DNA of 64,000 nucleotides, taken from assembly GCA_950097015.1 (NCBI GenBank), contig CATNEN010000037.1, positions 806,001-870,000 on the forward strand, written 5' to 3'. The stretch is from Macrostomum hystrix (taxonomy: Eukaryota > Animalia > Platyhelminthes). The translations under genes were made by a program, and so were the position numbers. This document shows, piece by piece, positions 24,602 to 36,938 of the stretch. The notes below the pieces were generated by a model that worked only from the letters and a program-made list of their open reading frames with translations, was not told the DNA's origin and did no database searches. Each line of letters starts with the position of its first letter. The stretch's first letter is position 1.

Positions 24602-26072
24602 TCAGATACTATCATAGTTGCTTTTCTTCCTGCAGATCAAAGACCGCAGTCCGTTGAAGGTGAAGACTGCACCGTCGCGCACCAGTGCCGGCATGGCCGT
24701 CCAGACCGTTCGATTTGGCAACGAGTCCGGCCACAACGGCTGCTTGCGCACTAGAGAGTTGAAGGCGAAACCGCCGACCATGTAAACAAAAAGCAGGCTG
24801 AAGAAGATGATGAGCAAGATGTCGCCGCCGCTAAGTGCGCCGCCACCGCCGCCCCCGCCGCCGCCGCTCTGCTCGCAGCAATACTTCGAGGTCAGCCTCA
24901 TTCTGTACACAATCGGCTCCGGCCCAATGCTGCCTTCGTCCAGGGATTCAAATCTGGCTACGTCAGCGGCAGGGTCGCAGGTCAGCAGTATCATCGCCTG
25001 CCGACGCTTGCCATCGCCGGCTGTTCCGCCATAGGTCACGTGCAGGCCAATGTCGGGCTTGGTGTCAAATCTGGCGGTCGACTGGGTGCCCAACAAGTAT
25101 TCCTGCGGTGAAGTCAATTACACACTGTCCTTTCAGCAAAGTTTACAAGATGGAGGCTTAAACCTCTGGGATCTAAGATCTAAGATAAGGCTTGTTTATA
25201 ACTTTAGGGTTATAAGAACCGATGTTTCTTAGAAGCTTCTTAGATATTTCTTTGATGTTTCTTAGGAGGGTGAGTAGCAGAGCGGTTAACGCGTTCGCCT
25301 CTCGCACAAAGGTCTCTGAGCTCGATTACGCGGCGAGGCCACATTAATTTGGGATTAATTTAGTTTGGGATCTGGACAGTTTGGGATCTGGACAGTTTAA
25401 GATCTGGACAGTTTGGGATCTGGACAGTTTAAGATCTGGACAGTTTGGGATCTGGACAGTTTGGGATCTGGACAGTTTGGGATCTGGACAGTTTGGGATC
25501 TGGACAGTTTGGGATCTGGACAGTTTGGGATCTGGACAATTTGGGATCTGGACAGTTTGGGATCTGGACAGTTTGGGATCTGGACAGTTTGGGATCTGGA
25601 CAGTTTGGGATCTGGACAGTTTGGGATCTGGACAGTTTGGGATCTGGACAGTTTGGGATCTGGACAGTTTGGGATCTGGACAGTTTGGGATCTGGACAGT
25701 TTGGGATCTGGACAGTTTGGGATCTGGTCATAGCTCATAACTCATACCACAGTGAGCTCTTACATACAAACGATCCTGAGATCTTTGACACGAAGCGGAG
25801 TCCCCGGAGCTACTGTCACATCGCATGCCAATGCACGGATTGTACAGGTAGTTAAAACTCTTTTTCGGTCCAAGGCTAGAAAAAGCGAAATCGTTTTGGT
25901 TGGCCAACGGTGACAAATCGATTTTGCCACCGGTGACAGTTTGACAACTGCAGCTGTTTAGCTGGTGACTGCACACCGGATCCTCAGATGACACGCTGGT
26001 AACAACGAGAAGTACTATAAGAAGCAGACAGTAAGTAAGATAGTTAAACCATTTTCTTGTTCGAAGTGGCAT
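24602..26072 (-). CDS. M6PR: Cation-dependent mannose-6-phosphate receptor / ATG27-like MRH-domain type I membrane protein, 2 exons (26072-25764, 25102-24602), about 269 aa
   Basis: Signal peptide; MRH motifs IDLSPL, YLYNPC, CQ, LG, YGG..GDG.KRQAMILLTC and LTSKYCC; TM LLIIFFSLLFVYMVGGFAFN; LPNRTVW..MPALVRDG; C-terminal YDSI sorting motif. Phase-0 intron GTAAGA...ccgcag. Confidence 0.82.
25268..25353 (+). mobile_element. 5' fragment of tRNA-derived SINE, family A
   Basis: A-box TAGCAGAGCGG and B-box-like GAGCTCGATTAC; matches 40193 and 46086. Confidence 0.75.
25365..25728. repeat. 16-bp intronic minisatellite (TTTGGGATCTGGACAG)n
   Basis: Tandem array in the M6PR intron. Confidence 0.96.
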
Positions 26073-26883
26073 GTCTAGAAAATACCTGATCACCTGTTTG
26101 AATATTGAGCTTAACCAAATGATCTAGTTAGTAATTATGGCTGAGCATGACTGGCACGTCAAACTTTCAAACACAACTAGATATATTTGAGCTAAAAAGT
26201 TGGATGACTGTAAGTTCTGTAACATATGGCGATACTGATAAGGACCGTGCTGTTCAATGTACAAATATAGTTTATTTGCTTGTGCACTCAGCTAGGCGGC
26301 GCACAGAACTGCAAAGCTTTAACGCAAGAGGGTCATATGAGAGAAGGCTGAGGTTTCCGTTTGGCTTCTGCATACATGCATTTCTTACAAACGATTACTT
26401 TCGTTTATTTATACTAAGAACTACAACGAAGTAGATCTTTTAGGTGTTTGTATGTCTATTTTAAAAGTATATAGTTGCAATTTAGAATTACTTAAGAATC
26501 CTAATTGTTAAAATGCATACTTGACTTTTAATATTTTCTTAAAGGCTATGATAAGCTGTGTTTGCTAAAGATATTTCAGTATCAGAATATATATTATGTA
26601 ATCAAAGTAATTAATAAAGCCATGAATGGTAGATCGAAATATTACATATAAAATATGAATCAAAAGTGCATTCAATCAAAAAAATTTCAAAAATCCTGTG
26701 AAAATGTGTAAAAAGAAACAATAATTACAATAAAATTGCGAATCGACTTTAACTTCCGTTTTGACTTTTAAATTTCTAAAACAGAGTCTATATGTTTGTT
26801 ATAATCAGACCCAGAACGATTTCTTCGTTTGAAAAAAAATGAACCAACGATGAATTGGGTTTTAATCCTCCGTCTGCTATCGT

Positions 26884-27346
26884 CAGTGCTGGGCGTTAAC
26901 TAGTTAACTGTTTAACTAGTTAATTAACTAGTTAATTGTTAAACTAGTTAATTAACAATTTAATTTTTTTAATCGTTAAATTTCGTTAATTTTTTCATGT
27001 ATTAACTCACAGTTAACAAAAATCATATTTTTTTCTGTAAGTTAAAGTTAAATGACAAAAGTAACTTATTTCTTTTTTTAATTCTTTATTCTTTCATATG
27101 TTTTTTCCATCCTACTACCAACACTAGTCGTAACAAGATCCAAGTTGGAGAGCATGAGCCAAACTGAACTCGAGTACTGCTCTTCTCTGGTGCTGTCCCT
27201 GCTTGATGGCATTAATTTAACTTTTCAGATGTAATATTTTTGGCAAAAGTTAAATATTTACCTAGTTACAGTCAATTTTTTTGGAGCAATTGAATTTACT
27301 TCTTAACTTTTAACGAGTTAAAAAATGATTAACTTGCCCAGCACTG
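26884..27346. mobile_element. hAT-type MITE
   Basis: TIR CAGTGCTGGGC (26884-26894) / GCCCAGCACTG (27336-27346); 8-bp flanks GCTATCGT / GCTATAGT (7/8) as TSD; subterminal TTAACTAGTTAA repeats. Confidence 0.8.
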
Positions 27347-28044
27347 GCTATAGTACACTTAACTCATAAATTAACTAGTAGTCTTCTGATAGAAATTGGC
27401 GGTACTCGATCTAAGACCAAAATTAGAAAAGCAATACTTTTTTAAGAGCAGTCAATATCAAAGATGATAAATAAATAAATAAAAAAGGTAATTATAATAT
27501 TTGGTCAATATTAAAAATATAAAAATAGTTACTGCAGATAGATCCAACGTACATATATGTATAACACTAAAGTGTTATATATTCATATCTGCAAGGTTCG
27601 ACAGCATATAAAAACCCGTTAAAAGTAAAAGGAAATCTCTGTAATCTAAAATAACTGTTTAATTATTTTTAGAGAGACAAAAATGTCATAAGACGCGCAT
27701 CATGATACTAATAAGTAGACAAGTGCGCAAGGCTTCTGCAAAGCTAATTACAAATTTAGCTCCGGAAAATAGATGGAATAAAAATGTTGGTGAATCACAA
27801 AGTAACAAAGCCGAGCTCAAAATTCGCCAAACAACAATTAAAGCAATATTTTTGTGTTATCTAAAATAAAAAACAAAGAGAACATGTGTCGCTTTTTTAT
27901 CTGATTAAGGAACCAATTCAAAAGGGATAACAAAATTTGTAATGGCAGGTTCGTAAATGACTTTTAAATTTTAATTTTTCTAACATTAGCCCATCAATCA
28001 CTTTTTAGTATTAGATTATGCTATACCCTAGCTTCGATTCCTGC

Positions 28045-28225
28045 CGTTATTTTTGGGTCTAGCTTCGATTCCGGCTAATATTATTGGTTCTAGCTTCGAT
28101 TCCTACTGTTTTTAATGTGTCTAGCTTCGATTCCTGCATCCCCCAAAGTGTCTAGCTTCGATTTCTACTGTTTTTAATGTGTCTAGCTTCGATTCCTGCA
28201 ACCCATAATGCTTCGATTCCTGCTT
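28045..28225. repeat. Degenerate 31-bp array (TCTAGCTTCGATTCCT core), reverse-orientation relative of the AGAATCG satellite
   Basis: About 6 copies of TCTAGCTTCGATTCC. Confidence 0.8.
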
Positions 28226-28344
28226 CTCGCAAGGTTTTTTATAAAAATTTAACAGAAAGGAAATCTTGTTTCTTTACCATAGAAATTCAATCAATCGAAA
28301 ATAGACAGTCCTGTTGAGTATCTATGCTAACAAAAATTGAACTT

Positions 28345-28830
28345 TTATAGCCGATTAAATCTTCCGACCATCCGGTTGCAGCTCGGACAGATATGCTCGG
28401 CGTCTTTGCAAGAGTTGACGCAGAACGGAATCAAGCAGCAACCTAGGGACAGGCCCACAAAGAACAGGATGGCTGCTATAAGCCAGGTGTAGCCACTGAT
28501 CTTGTAATATACTGTGGTCTGGATGTTATTGTGGCAATTCGGACACACCATCCACACTGGAGACTGGTTGAATCTCGGCATGGAAGCGTTAATCACCTGC
28601 ACTGGCTGCTGTTGCATCACGACAACATGATGACCGGAGTGCTGGCCCAGCTGACCTCCGACTGGGGTCGGGTAGGCAGGCGGAGGCGGCGGCTGCTGCT
28701 GCTGCTGCGGCGGGTAGGCCGGCGGGTAGGTTTGCGGGTAGGTTGGCGGGTAGCCAGGCTGAGCAGCAGTGACGGTAGGGTAGGTTGCTGGCTGACCAGG
28801 GTTAGGAATGGGATGCACTGTACTGCTCAT
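28345..28830 (-). CDS. LITAF: LITAF-domain protein (paralog 1), single exon, 161 aa
   Basis: Pro/Tyr-rich N-terminus with PPAY/PPTY; CPNC, a hydrophobic segment, GCCLIPF and HICPSC zinc-ribbon motifs. Confidence 0.93.
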   Translation of the reverse strand: MSSTVHPIPNPGQPATYPTVTAAQPGYPPTYPQTYPPAYPPQQQQQPPPPPAYPTPVGGQLGQHSGHHVVVMQQQPVQVINASMPRFNQSPVWMVCPNCHNNIQTTVYYKISGYTWLIAAILFFVGLSLGCCLIPFCVNSCKDAEHICPSCNRMVGRFNRL

Positions 28831-30334
28831 TTTTAGTTAAATCAGATCTCGAAACGCAATCTGATTGCTGAGTTTAATTTTGCTGCTAAAAAATACCGCC
28901 AAGAATTTTCTGCCAACCTTCGTCTATTTTAGTTCCGAGACTTTAGTTCCAGTTGGGCATCAGTGTGCAGCTCTCGTGTGGTGCGACTCTCCGCGTTGCT
29001 ATTGGCAACGATAAACAAAGGTACGGCAGGTGCGCTATTAATTTCTGCCTACCTGGAGACAGAAACTAGTAGAAAGGCTCCCCTCGCAGGTCCGGGGTGT
29101 ACAGTCCCTACAAGTACTCCGCTGGCTGTACTCCCAACTCTGTCCTTTAATATTTATAGTTTGCTTAGTTAGGGAAAGAGAGGGAGACATTTCACATGGC
29201 TCAGCTGCGTGTGGGGGTGCTGGTTGCTATGGAAACCATTTGTTCAATTCCTTCCACGCTTTTGTGTCGAATCACATCTCGGCCTTGTGATTTCAAAGGC
29301 AAGTGGGGAGCAGAAATTTTGGTGATAATAACTGTACAACACTGAGCAGAACTCTGTGTAGTTTACTGCTCAGTAAGCTCAAATCCTTGGATTAATTATA
29401 GTAACAAGCCTATTTACATAATTCCATAACCAAGCTGTCCAGTGCTTACACAATGGCAATGTCAATATCACAATACTGACAAGGAGACTTCGGTTGTGTT
29501 GTAACTATCAAACACAAATGTAAATAGTTATTATTAAGATCCGAGGGAAATCATACAGCTGTACGCAGTCTTTGGACATTATCCTTGAGATAACAGTGGG
29601 TGCATTTTATCAACTGGGCTCGCGGTGAAGAAAAATTTATGATTGAGGCCTGAAAATCGATAGATAAAAATAATTATAGACGGACACAAATCCTGAGGAG
29701 TCGCACCAGTGTACATACTTTGACATGTACACCTGAAGAGTGAGCCTACTAATAGTAGATCTCTTAGAACATAACGCTAATTCTTTATATGGCGTTCTAT
29801 AGCCAAGCAGTTCTAATCAGCCTGCAACACCTGATGCGACAGACAGAGATGAGACGAATTAACGATGAGGCAAATACATGTAATTAACAAACCTCAAAGG
29901 TATTGCGTGATGCGCCTTATAGCACTAACAATTTATATAACAGTTGTATATTTCATTCATGTTGTGGTACAAAACTGTGTGCTGATTAATCATTGTGCAG
30001 ATAGAATAGAATAAAGAAACTAGTAAACTTGAAAAAAGGTATAAAGGCATTGAACTATAATTAACTTTTTCGTTTTCTTTCTAGTTGAATATTTTTATAG
30101 TAATTCTCTTATATAAGCATTTGTCAAGCAAGGTAGCACGTGCATCGTTAACTCCCAATAAATATGAATCAATATTCATCCACCTGATATGAGTATCAGG
30201 TGTGGTTACAACCAAGGTGATTTGAATAGCGTACCCACAGTCCATGGACTGAACTGCAGTTGAGTTACACAAATATGTTACAAGCATAATAATAAGCGTA
30301 AGCATAATAAAAAGAGTGAATATTAATAAAAAAT

Positions 30335-30565
30335 AATTTGGTGACACTAGACCCGCAGCCAGCGAGGTTTCGCTGACTCCTGAGCACACACGCACACAGG
30401 TGTGTACATGCCCTGTTCTCATCGTCAGACAGCCTACACTCTCACAGTGCCTTTGAGGTTGGCCCTCAAGAGGGTAAATTGCACGACAAGCACCCGAGCC
30501 TTCCTCTCCGCTCAGGGACCTTGGTGCGAGAGGCAAACACCTTAGACCTGCCACTGCCACTCCCC
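30335..30565 (-). mobile_element. tRNA-derived SINE, family A (internally deleted)
   Basis: Reverse complement matches 46086-46406 over head and tail. Confidence 0.8.
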
Positions 30566-30631
30566 TTAACAATGGGTGAAACAATAGTCAGCACAATCTA
30601 TGCACAAAATAAGTCGTGCTGTTCACAGCCA

Positions 30632-31138
30632 CTACAGGATCTTCTTGACGCCGACAGTCCGGTGACAGTTCGGACAGGAGTGGTGCGCGTCTTTGCACGA
30701 TCGAACGCAGAAGGGGATCAGGCAACAGCCGAGCGATAGGCCGAACAGGAACAATAGGACAGCCAGCAGCCAGGTGAAGCCGCCAGTTTTATAACTGACT
30801 GCAGTTGTGACGTGGGTGCTGCAGTGCGGACACATTATCGAGACCGGGGAACGACCCAGCTTCTGTTGCGTAGAAACGACCGTGACAGTTGGCTGCATGA
30901 CAATCGCATGCTGATGATGCTGCTGCTGCTGGTAGGTTGGCGGCGGGTACTGCGGAGGGTACTGCTGGCCCGAGTAGACTGGAGCGGGCGGGTAGCCCTG
31001 CGGCGGGTAGCCCTGCGGTGGGTAGCCCTGCGGTGGGTAGCCCTGCGGCGGGTAGCCCTGCGGCGGGTAACCCTGCTGTGGGTGGGCTGTTTCAGCCGGC
31101 TTATCGCCAGCAGGTTCCGGGTGCACACTATTGCTCAT
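30632..31138 (-). CDS. LITAF: LITAF-domain protein (paralog 2), single exon, 168 aa
   Basis: Tandem QGYPP pentapeptides and PPTY; CPHC...GCCLIPFC...HSCPNC. Confidence 0.93.
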   Translation of the reverse strand: MSNSVHPEPAGDKPAETAHPQQGYPPQGYPPQGYPPQGYPPQGYPPQGYPPAPVYSGQQYPPQYPPPTYQQQQHHQHAIVMQPTVTVVSTQQKLGRSPVSIMCPHCSTHVTTAVSYKTGGFTWLLAVLLFLFGLSLGCCLIPFCVRSCKDAHHSCPNCHRTVGVKKIL

Positions 31139-32002
31139 TGTGCGCTACGTGACTATCGAGTATTAAATTGCACTTACTCGTTTGTTGCTTGAAAATTACT
31201 ACAGCCCAATTTGATATTGGTTAAACGTTGTAGCTCTCTATAACACAATAGGTCTGCTTTCATTTTTCTAGAGCATTTAGTGTGCAGTAACCATTGTGCA
31301 CAATAGCGCTGCAAATGTTGCTATGAGCAACGAATACAACAAAACATTAACTTGCGCACGAATTTCCAGAGACGTTTTGTAGACATTCCAGAGCATTTTC
31401 GCAAAGCTTAAAACAATGTACATGCACTACGACTCAAAGCTCATAGAGGGGTAGCACAGACAAGGGGTAGGTAAATGAGAAATACTGCATGAAATTGTGG
31501 TTAAGAAAATGTTATTTGATGATGGTCAGACCCCATAAGCTCTACATCACTTTGCTGCATTTGGTCAAATTCAGACAATAGACTATAGAATTCGTGCGAG
31601 GTGCCGAAAAACTGAATTTTCAACGCTTGTTTCCACTTGCCGCAGCACAAACCAAAGCGCAAGCGCTGGAGCTTAGCAAAATGTATGGCAGCAACCTGAA
31701 TCAACATTGAAATGTATTTCTGCTTTAGTCGCCTTTAATTATTAGCCTGAGAGACAGCTATCTGCACAATTGCATGAAAATTTTTTTTTCATAAAACCCT
31801 TTCTTTTTATATCCTAACGCATTTTAATGAACTCAATTCAGTAACTTAATTGTAATCAAAGGTAATGAGATTAAAAACGACATTAAAGTGGATTCCCCTC
31901 TCATATTTAAAACAGGTTTAGGAAGTCAATAAAATTACCGTTTCTTATAAATTTAAAGACATTAATTCACATAATGCATAAATCTAAACACAACAACTAG
32001 GC

Positions 32003-32262
32003 CTAGCTCACACGACTTGAAGGTGGGGGGTTCGATTCCCGACTCCATTGGAACAATTTTTATCATTTAGTAAGACACTGCATTGCTTAGCAGTATTCAT
32101 AGTTCACTCAGGTGTTAAATAGAAAGCTGGGGTAATTAAAGGTGAGTGTGACGTCCCCCCAGTCCATGGACTGAACAGCTGTACGCAGCCTTCGGATGCC
32201 CCGCGCAATAGCTGCGGCTGTGCTGTCGGCTTCACATCTGCTCTAATTGGGGCAGGTGTAAT
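32003..32262 (+). mobile_element. tRNA-derived SINE, family B
   Basis: GGTTCGATTCCCGACTCC B-box; shared body and tail with 24245-24510. Confidence 0.75.
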
Positions 32263-32470
32263 CAATTGTAAATTATTAATAATGAAAATACATCACATTA
32301 TAAATTTGTTATAAAAAGTTATTATAAAAGGCACAAATCTGTGGAGAAGGAAAAATGATATTTTTTGTTAAAATATGCAAACCGGATAGAAAAAACTCAA
32401 ATACAAAATTCCCGTCCAATCGATCTCTGATCTCGATTGTACAATCTGTGCTCGAAAGTTATTTCCGTAA

Positions 32471-33641
32471 ATGCAAATGTCTCGTGGCTCGAAATCCAAG
32501 ACTGTATATGTGGGTAATTTGCCACCAGATGTGCGATCAAATGATGTTCGAGACCTTTTTGAAAAGTACGGTGACATTCGAGACATAGATTTGAAAAATA
32601 ATCGTGGACCGCCATTTGCCTTTATTGAATTTGAAGATGACAGGTATGACAGGCTACAATTAAATTAACTTTATTTAAAATTTTGTGCTTTTTTTCCCTG
32701 CCTACGTGGCTGCTTATTTTTACAGGGACAATGTAGGTACAATGTGGGTGTACACATTGTCATTGTGGGTACTATATGGGTACAATGGCGAAGTTATGAA
32801 ATACTGTAAAAAGGAAGAATTTAAAGGGCAATAAGAAGACTTTATACAACCCTAAAGTCAGAATACATCAATCTAAGAGACACAACAGAAAAAAGTAAAT
32901 AAGTCTGAGAATTTACAATTGCAGTTTGTTTTGGAATATCATGTTTTCTTTTCAATTTGTGCTAGCATTTCAAAAAGTTCAAATTTGAGGATTATATAGA
33001 TCAATATAGAAAAATATTATCAAATTGCAATGTGAAAAAAGTGCTTGAACTTTAATCCTATAAAATAGTTCCTGTTTTAGTAGGCTCATTAATCTGTATC
33101 TAAAAAAGTTTTTTTGGGGTGCTGAGTTTAAGAAAGAATGCTTTTTGTTTCCATCTACAACCACTTTCTATAGAATGCCTTCCTTATCACAGAAATCAAG
33201 ATGATCAACACTTAGTGGTACATACTACATAGGGAATTAGGAATTTGAGAAAGCTTTATTTTGCTTAGGTATTTTATTTGTAGGAGAATGGAATGGCAAA
33301 TAATTAGGATTAAACTTCAATAAAGTCAAGGGGACCTATAATTGAATGGTTCTGGGTTGGGTAAATTCTGTGTGAATATTAAATAGAATTAAACTTAAAT
33401 ATAGGCACAGGGACCTATTGAAGATTAATAATATTTTTATATGGTAGGTTTGAAGACTTGTTGGTATCCTAATATATATAAATCAGACACCATTATAATC
33501 ATGACAAATGATAGCAACTAAAGTACTGCATTCTTGCAATAATGCTTATGGTTTTTATCAATTCATACATAACTATTGTTGATAAAAAACAGTTTAGTTT
33601 TTTTTTCATAAAAATGATGAGCAAACTTATACTGGTCAACT

Positions 33642-33673
<32 letters not shown>

Positions 33674-35333
33674 GGATTAAGTTTCAGTAAGCTACAACCA
33701 ATATTTAGTCAACATCCCACTTTTTCTAGTAATAGACCCATTAAAGGACAGTGGATAAAGTTTCGAGTCAATTGGAAAACCCAAAGTATTTTATATGATC
33801 GAAGTTCAAGAAGCCCCTAAAATGGACAATTGTTGCAAAGCTGCAATATGAGCAATCAGTAGCTTGAACATTTCTCAATTGACAAAATGGTCATGGGCTA
33901 CCTCTCTGCTCATTTAATCATTTTTATAGTGTCTGTAGCCCCTGCAAATATTCTATTCGAATCCTAGGAATCAACTATTGTTGTATTATTGTAAGTCAAA
34001 GGAGCATTGTAAAACAATTGTAAGGTTGCTTAAAATAGTTATGAAATATGCCTTGGTACAATTAATGAGATTGAGATACCTGTGACATTTTATGCAAATG
34101 AGTGTCAACCCCTGCTGGACTGTCTGGCAATGAGGCAGGTGAGTCATGGCAGATGCTCACACCCGTGTGCTCAATGGTCAGTGCATCGGACAGAACTGAC
34201 TTAGTTCAGAACTGACAGGCTGTTAGTCGATTGTTGACAAACATTACTGCCTACGAATAATGACAGAAAGTTATTGCTTGGCTGAATTTAAAGGTAAGAT
34301 AATGACGCAGCAAAAACACACTGACTCCTTCGCAGGGACGCCGAAGATGCTGTTCGCGGTCGTGACGGCTACAAATTCGATGGCTACAGCCTGCGCGTGG
34401 AATTCCCGCGCGGTGGCGGCGCAGATCGTCGCGGCGGCGGAGGCGGCGGTCGAGCCGCAGGCGGCGGCCGAGGCCTGACCCGACGCGGCGAATATCGCGT
34501 TGTTGTGTCCGGCCTACCGCCCTCTGGCTCCTGGCAGGATCTGAAGGATCACATGCGCGAAGCTGGCGAGGTTGGCTTCGCCGACGTGCGCGGCAGTGTC
34601 GGCTTTGTTGAATTTATGCGGCAGGACGATATGAAGCGGGCGATAAGAAAGCTAGACGGTACGAAATTCAAATCGCACGAGGTGAGTTCCTTCTGATTCT
34701 TTATGGCTAATCCAATATGTATGATTCAGATCAGTAATTGGGTGATTAGAATTTCGGGGTCAGCGATTTGGAACGTTGGGTTTCGAATTAGAACTTAAGA
34801 GCTTGGGCTTTAAAATCAGTGCTTGGGATTCAGGATCAGTATCCAGCTTGGGATTCGGGATCAGTACTTAAGATCTTGGGATTCGGGATCAGTACTTAAG
34901 ATCTTGGGATTCGGGATCAGTACCCAGCTTGGAATTCGAATTTATTATTAGTATAATCTGGGTATAAATGATAAAGCTAGGGATTAAGAAAAGCACTACA
35001 TATGAAAGAGCTCTGATATTACTGATATAGGCAGGTAATGAATAACTCGCGATTGAATCTCATAGCTAAGAAATGACTTTCGAAATAGCATTGTCCTTCA
35101 TCAATATTTCATTATTCGCACAGGGCGAGACCTCATATATTCACGTCAAAGAGGATCGTGGTGACGGGCTCAACTCATTCTCTCGCAGCCGCAGCCGTAG
35201 CCGTAGTCGCAGCCGCAGGCGCAGCGTCAGCCGTAGTCGCAGCCGCTCGCCGCCACCTAGAAGGCGCAACTCGCCTACTTATTCTCCGATGCGTAGCCGC
35301 AGCCGTAGTCGCAGTCGCAGCTACAGCGATTAG
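32471..35333 (+). CDS. SRSF1: Serine/arginine-rich splicing factor 1 (ASF/SF2), 3 exons (32471-32643, 34336-34681, 35124-35333)
   Basis: RRM1 VYVGNLPPD...[33 protein letters not shown]; Gly linker; RRM2 [13 protein letters not shown]; [17 protein letters not shown]; RS domain. Splice sites AG|GTATGA, cag|G, GAG|GTGAGT and cag|GGC are phase-consistent. Start may be 32477. Confidence 0.94.
34820..34935. repeat. 28-bp intronic minisatellite (CTTGGGATTCGGGATCAGTACTTAAGAT)n
   Basis: About 4 copies in SRSF1 intron 2. Confidence 0.85.
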
Positions 35334-36938
35334 AAAACAACAATGTCTTGCTAGACATTGCTGACAGGGGTGCATCGGATTTCGAGAAGGATGAGTCGTT
35401 CATCTTCGTTAATTTAATCATATGGCTTCGTTCTTTACAAATGTTTGAAAATATCAGAGAACCCAAAATAGTTACGTGTCTGTACGAGTGTTTTTTTCGC
35501 TTCATAAATAGTATTTATCTCGCGGTTGAAATACTGCTCTCTTTAATCGAATCTTATTTCATATACCTAGGCATGGCCTGGCATTTGCGAGGCTTGGAAT
35601 CGGAAAATACTTTGTGGATGTTGGAGTTTTGGACAACGGACTCACGCGCACGCGCGAGCGGACTAATTGGGAAGTTTTTTAGACTAAATTTAAGGAGCAG
35701 GATGTGGACGGATGGAAGCAGTGCGGGAGGATAATCACAAAGGTGAGTCTATGGTATGGTCCGGCCACTTATATTTCAATTTTATAGTCGGAGGTTAGCA
35801 CAGAAAGTAACGCAATATTATTGTTTATGACGTCATTTTTCTGTTTAGATATGCACTTAATAGTAGTGAAAAGTCTACTGGGTTACTATAAGTAGGGTAG
35901 TGCTGAAGTTAAGCTTTTTTATATTTAATAACTCTTAATCGAACTGCTCTTGTTTTTACGCAGTTTTCTGTCGCGTACTCATTAAACAATGTAATTTTTT
36001 TACTTTTAATGCCGAGAGTAATATCAAAACCAATAACGGCAAAATTTTGTCTCATAATTTTAGTCTGTACCAAAATTTCCATTTGTACAGACAGCTGTAT
36101 CTGCTTTATATGAACGTCAATTTACTAAATTAAAAAAGGATTAAATTACTGCATGAATATTTCTGACGCGTGTTTTATACGTTCTGCGTTAAATAACTAT
36201 ATACTAGTAGTAAGCAACGCTTGTTAATCTGCTGCGTAAAATTTCTCAAACGAAAAAATATACTTGACAAAGTGAGACATTGTGGAAAACGTAACATAAC
36301 GTGGCCATGCTATATTTAGCTATATCGCAGTGTCTAAACTCGACAAAAAAATTGATGTAATAATTTTTATCTTTCTCAACTGGCTCGCTTTATTTCTGTG
36401 TATTGTAGCTGGCGATAGGCCAACATTGAATAATATAATTGATTAAACTCAAGGATATGCAAGTAAGCGCTTTCTAGTTTTTGGCTCCACTAATGGACTG
36501 CCCACCGGTTAGCACGGCTTCATAATTTTAACTGATTAAGAATTGACCAATTAAATACTATTTTTATCTCTCTGATAGATAACGGCTTACTCTGTTTAGG
36601 CATTTTTTTACTTACTGCTGACTGAACTGCGTCTCTTTGCAATTGTCTGATATAAATAATCGAATGCTAACACACCAACCTGAAACTCTATGCAAAGTAG
36701 TTAAGCTTTGCTCTTTCGCTGCAACCTCTGAGAAGTTTTTCTTTTCCTAGGTTGTAAAACTGCGAAAATAATTTAAAATTTTGAAAGAACTGCGACATCA
36801 TTTATCTTCAATGTCTGCAACAAATGGCGTTGGCAGTGTTGAACTAAAGTACAGACCAATCAGTCTGGACCGATTGTCTGGTATGGCATTCTATATATTA
36901 TTTGTACGTTCTTTGCCCCACACTTAGTTAACCAAATA

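Noticed and set aside
33186-33207. miR-2/13-like seed (TATCACAG...GATGA) in the SRSF1 intron
   Set aside because: The upstream arm pairs poorly (large bulge, seed unpaired); no convincing hairpin.
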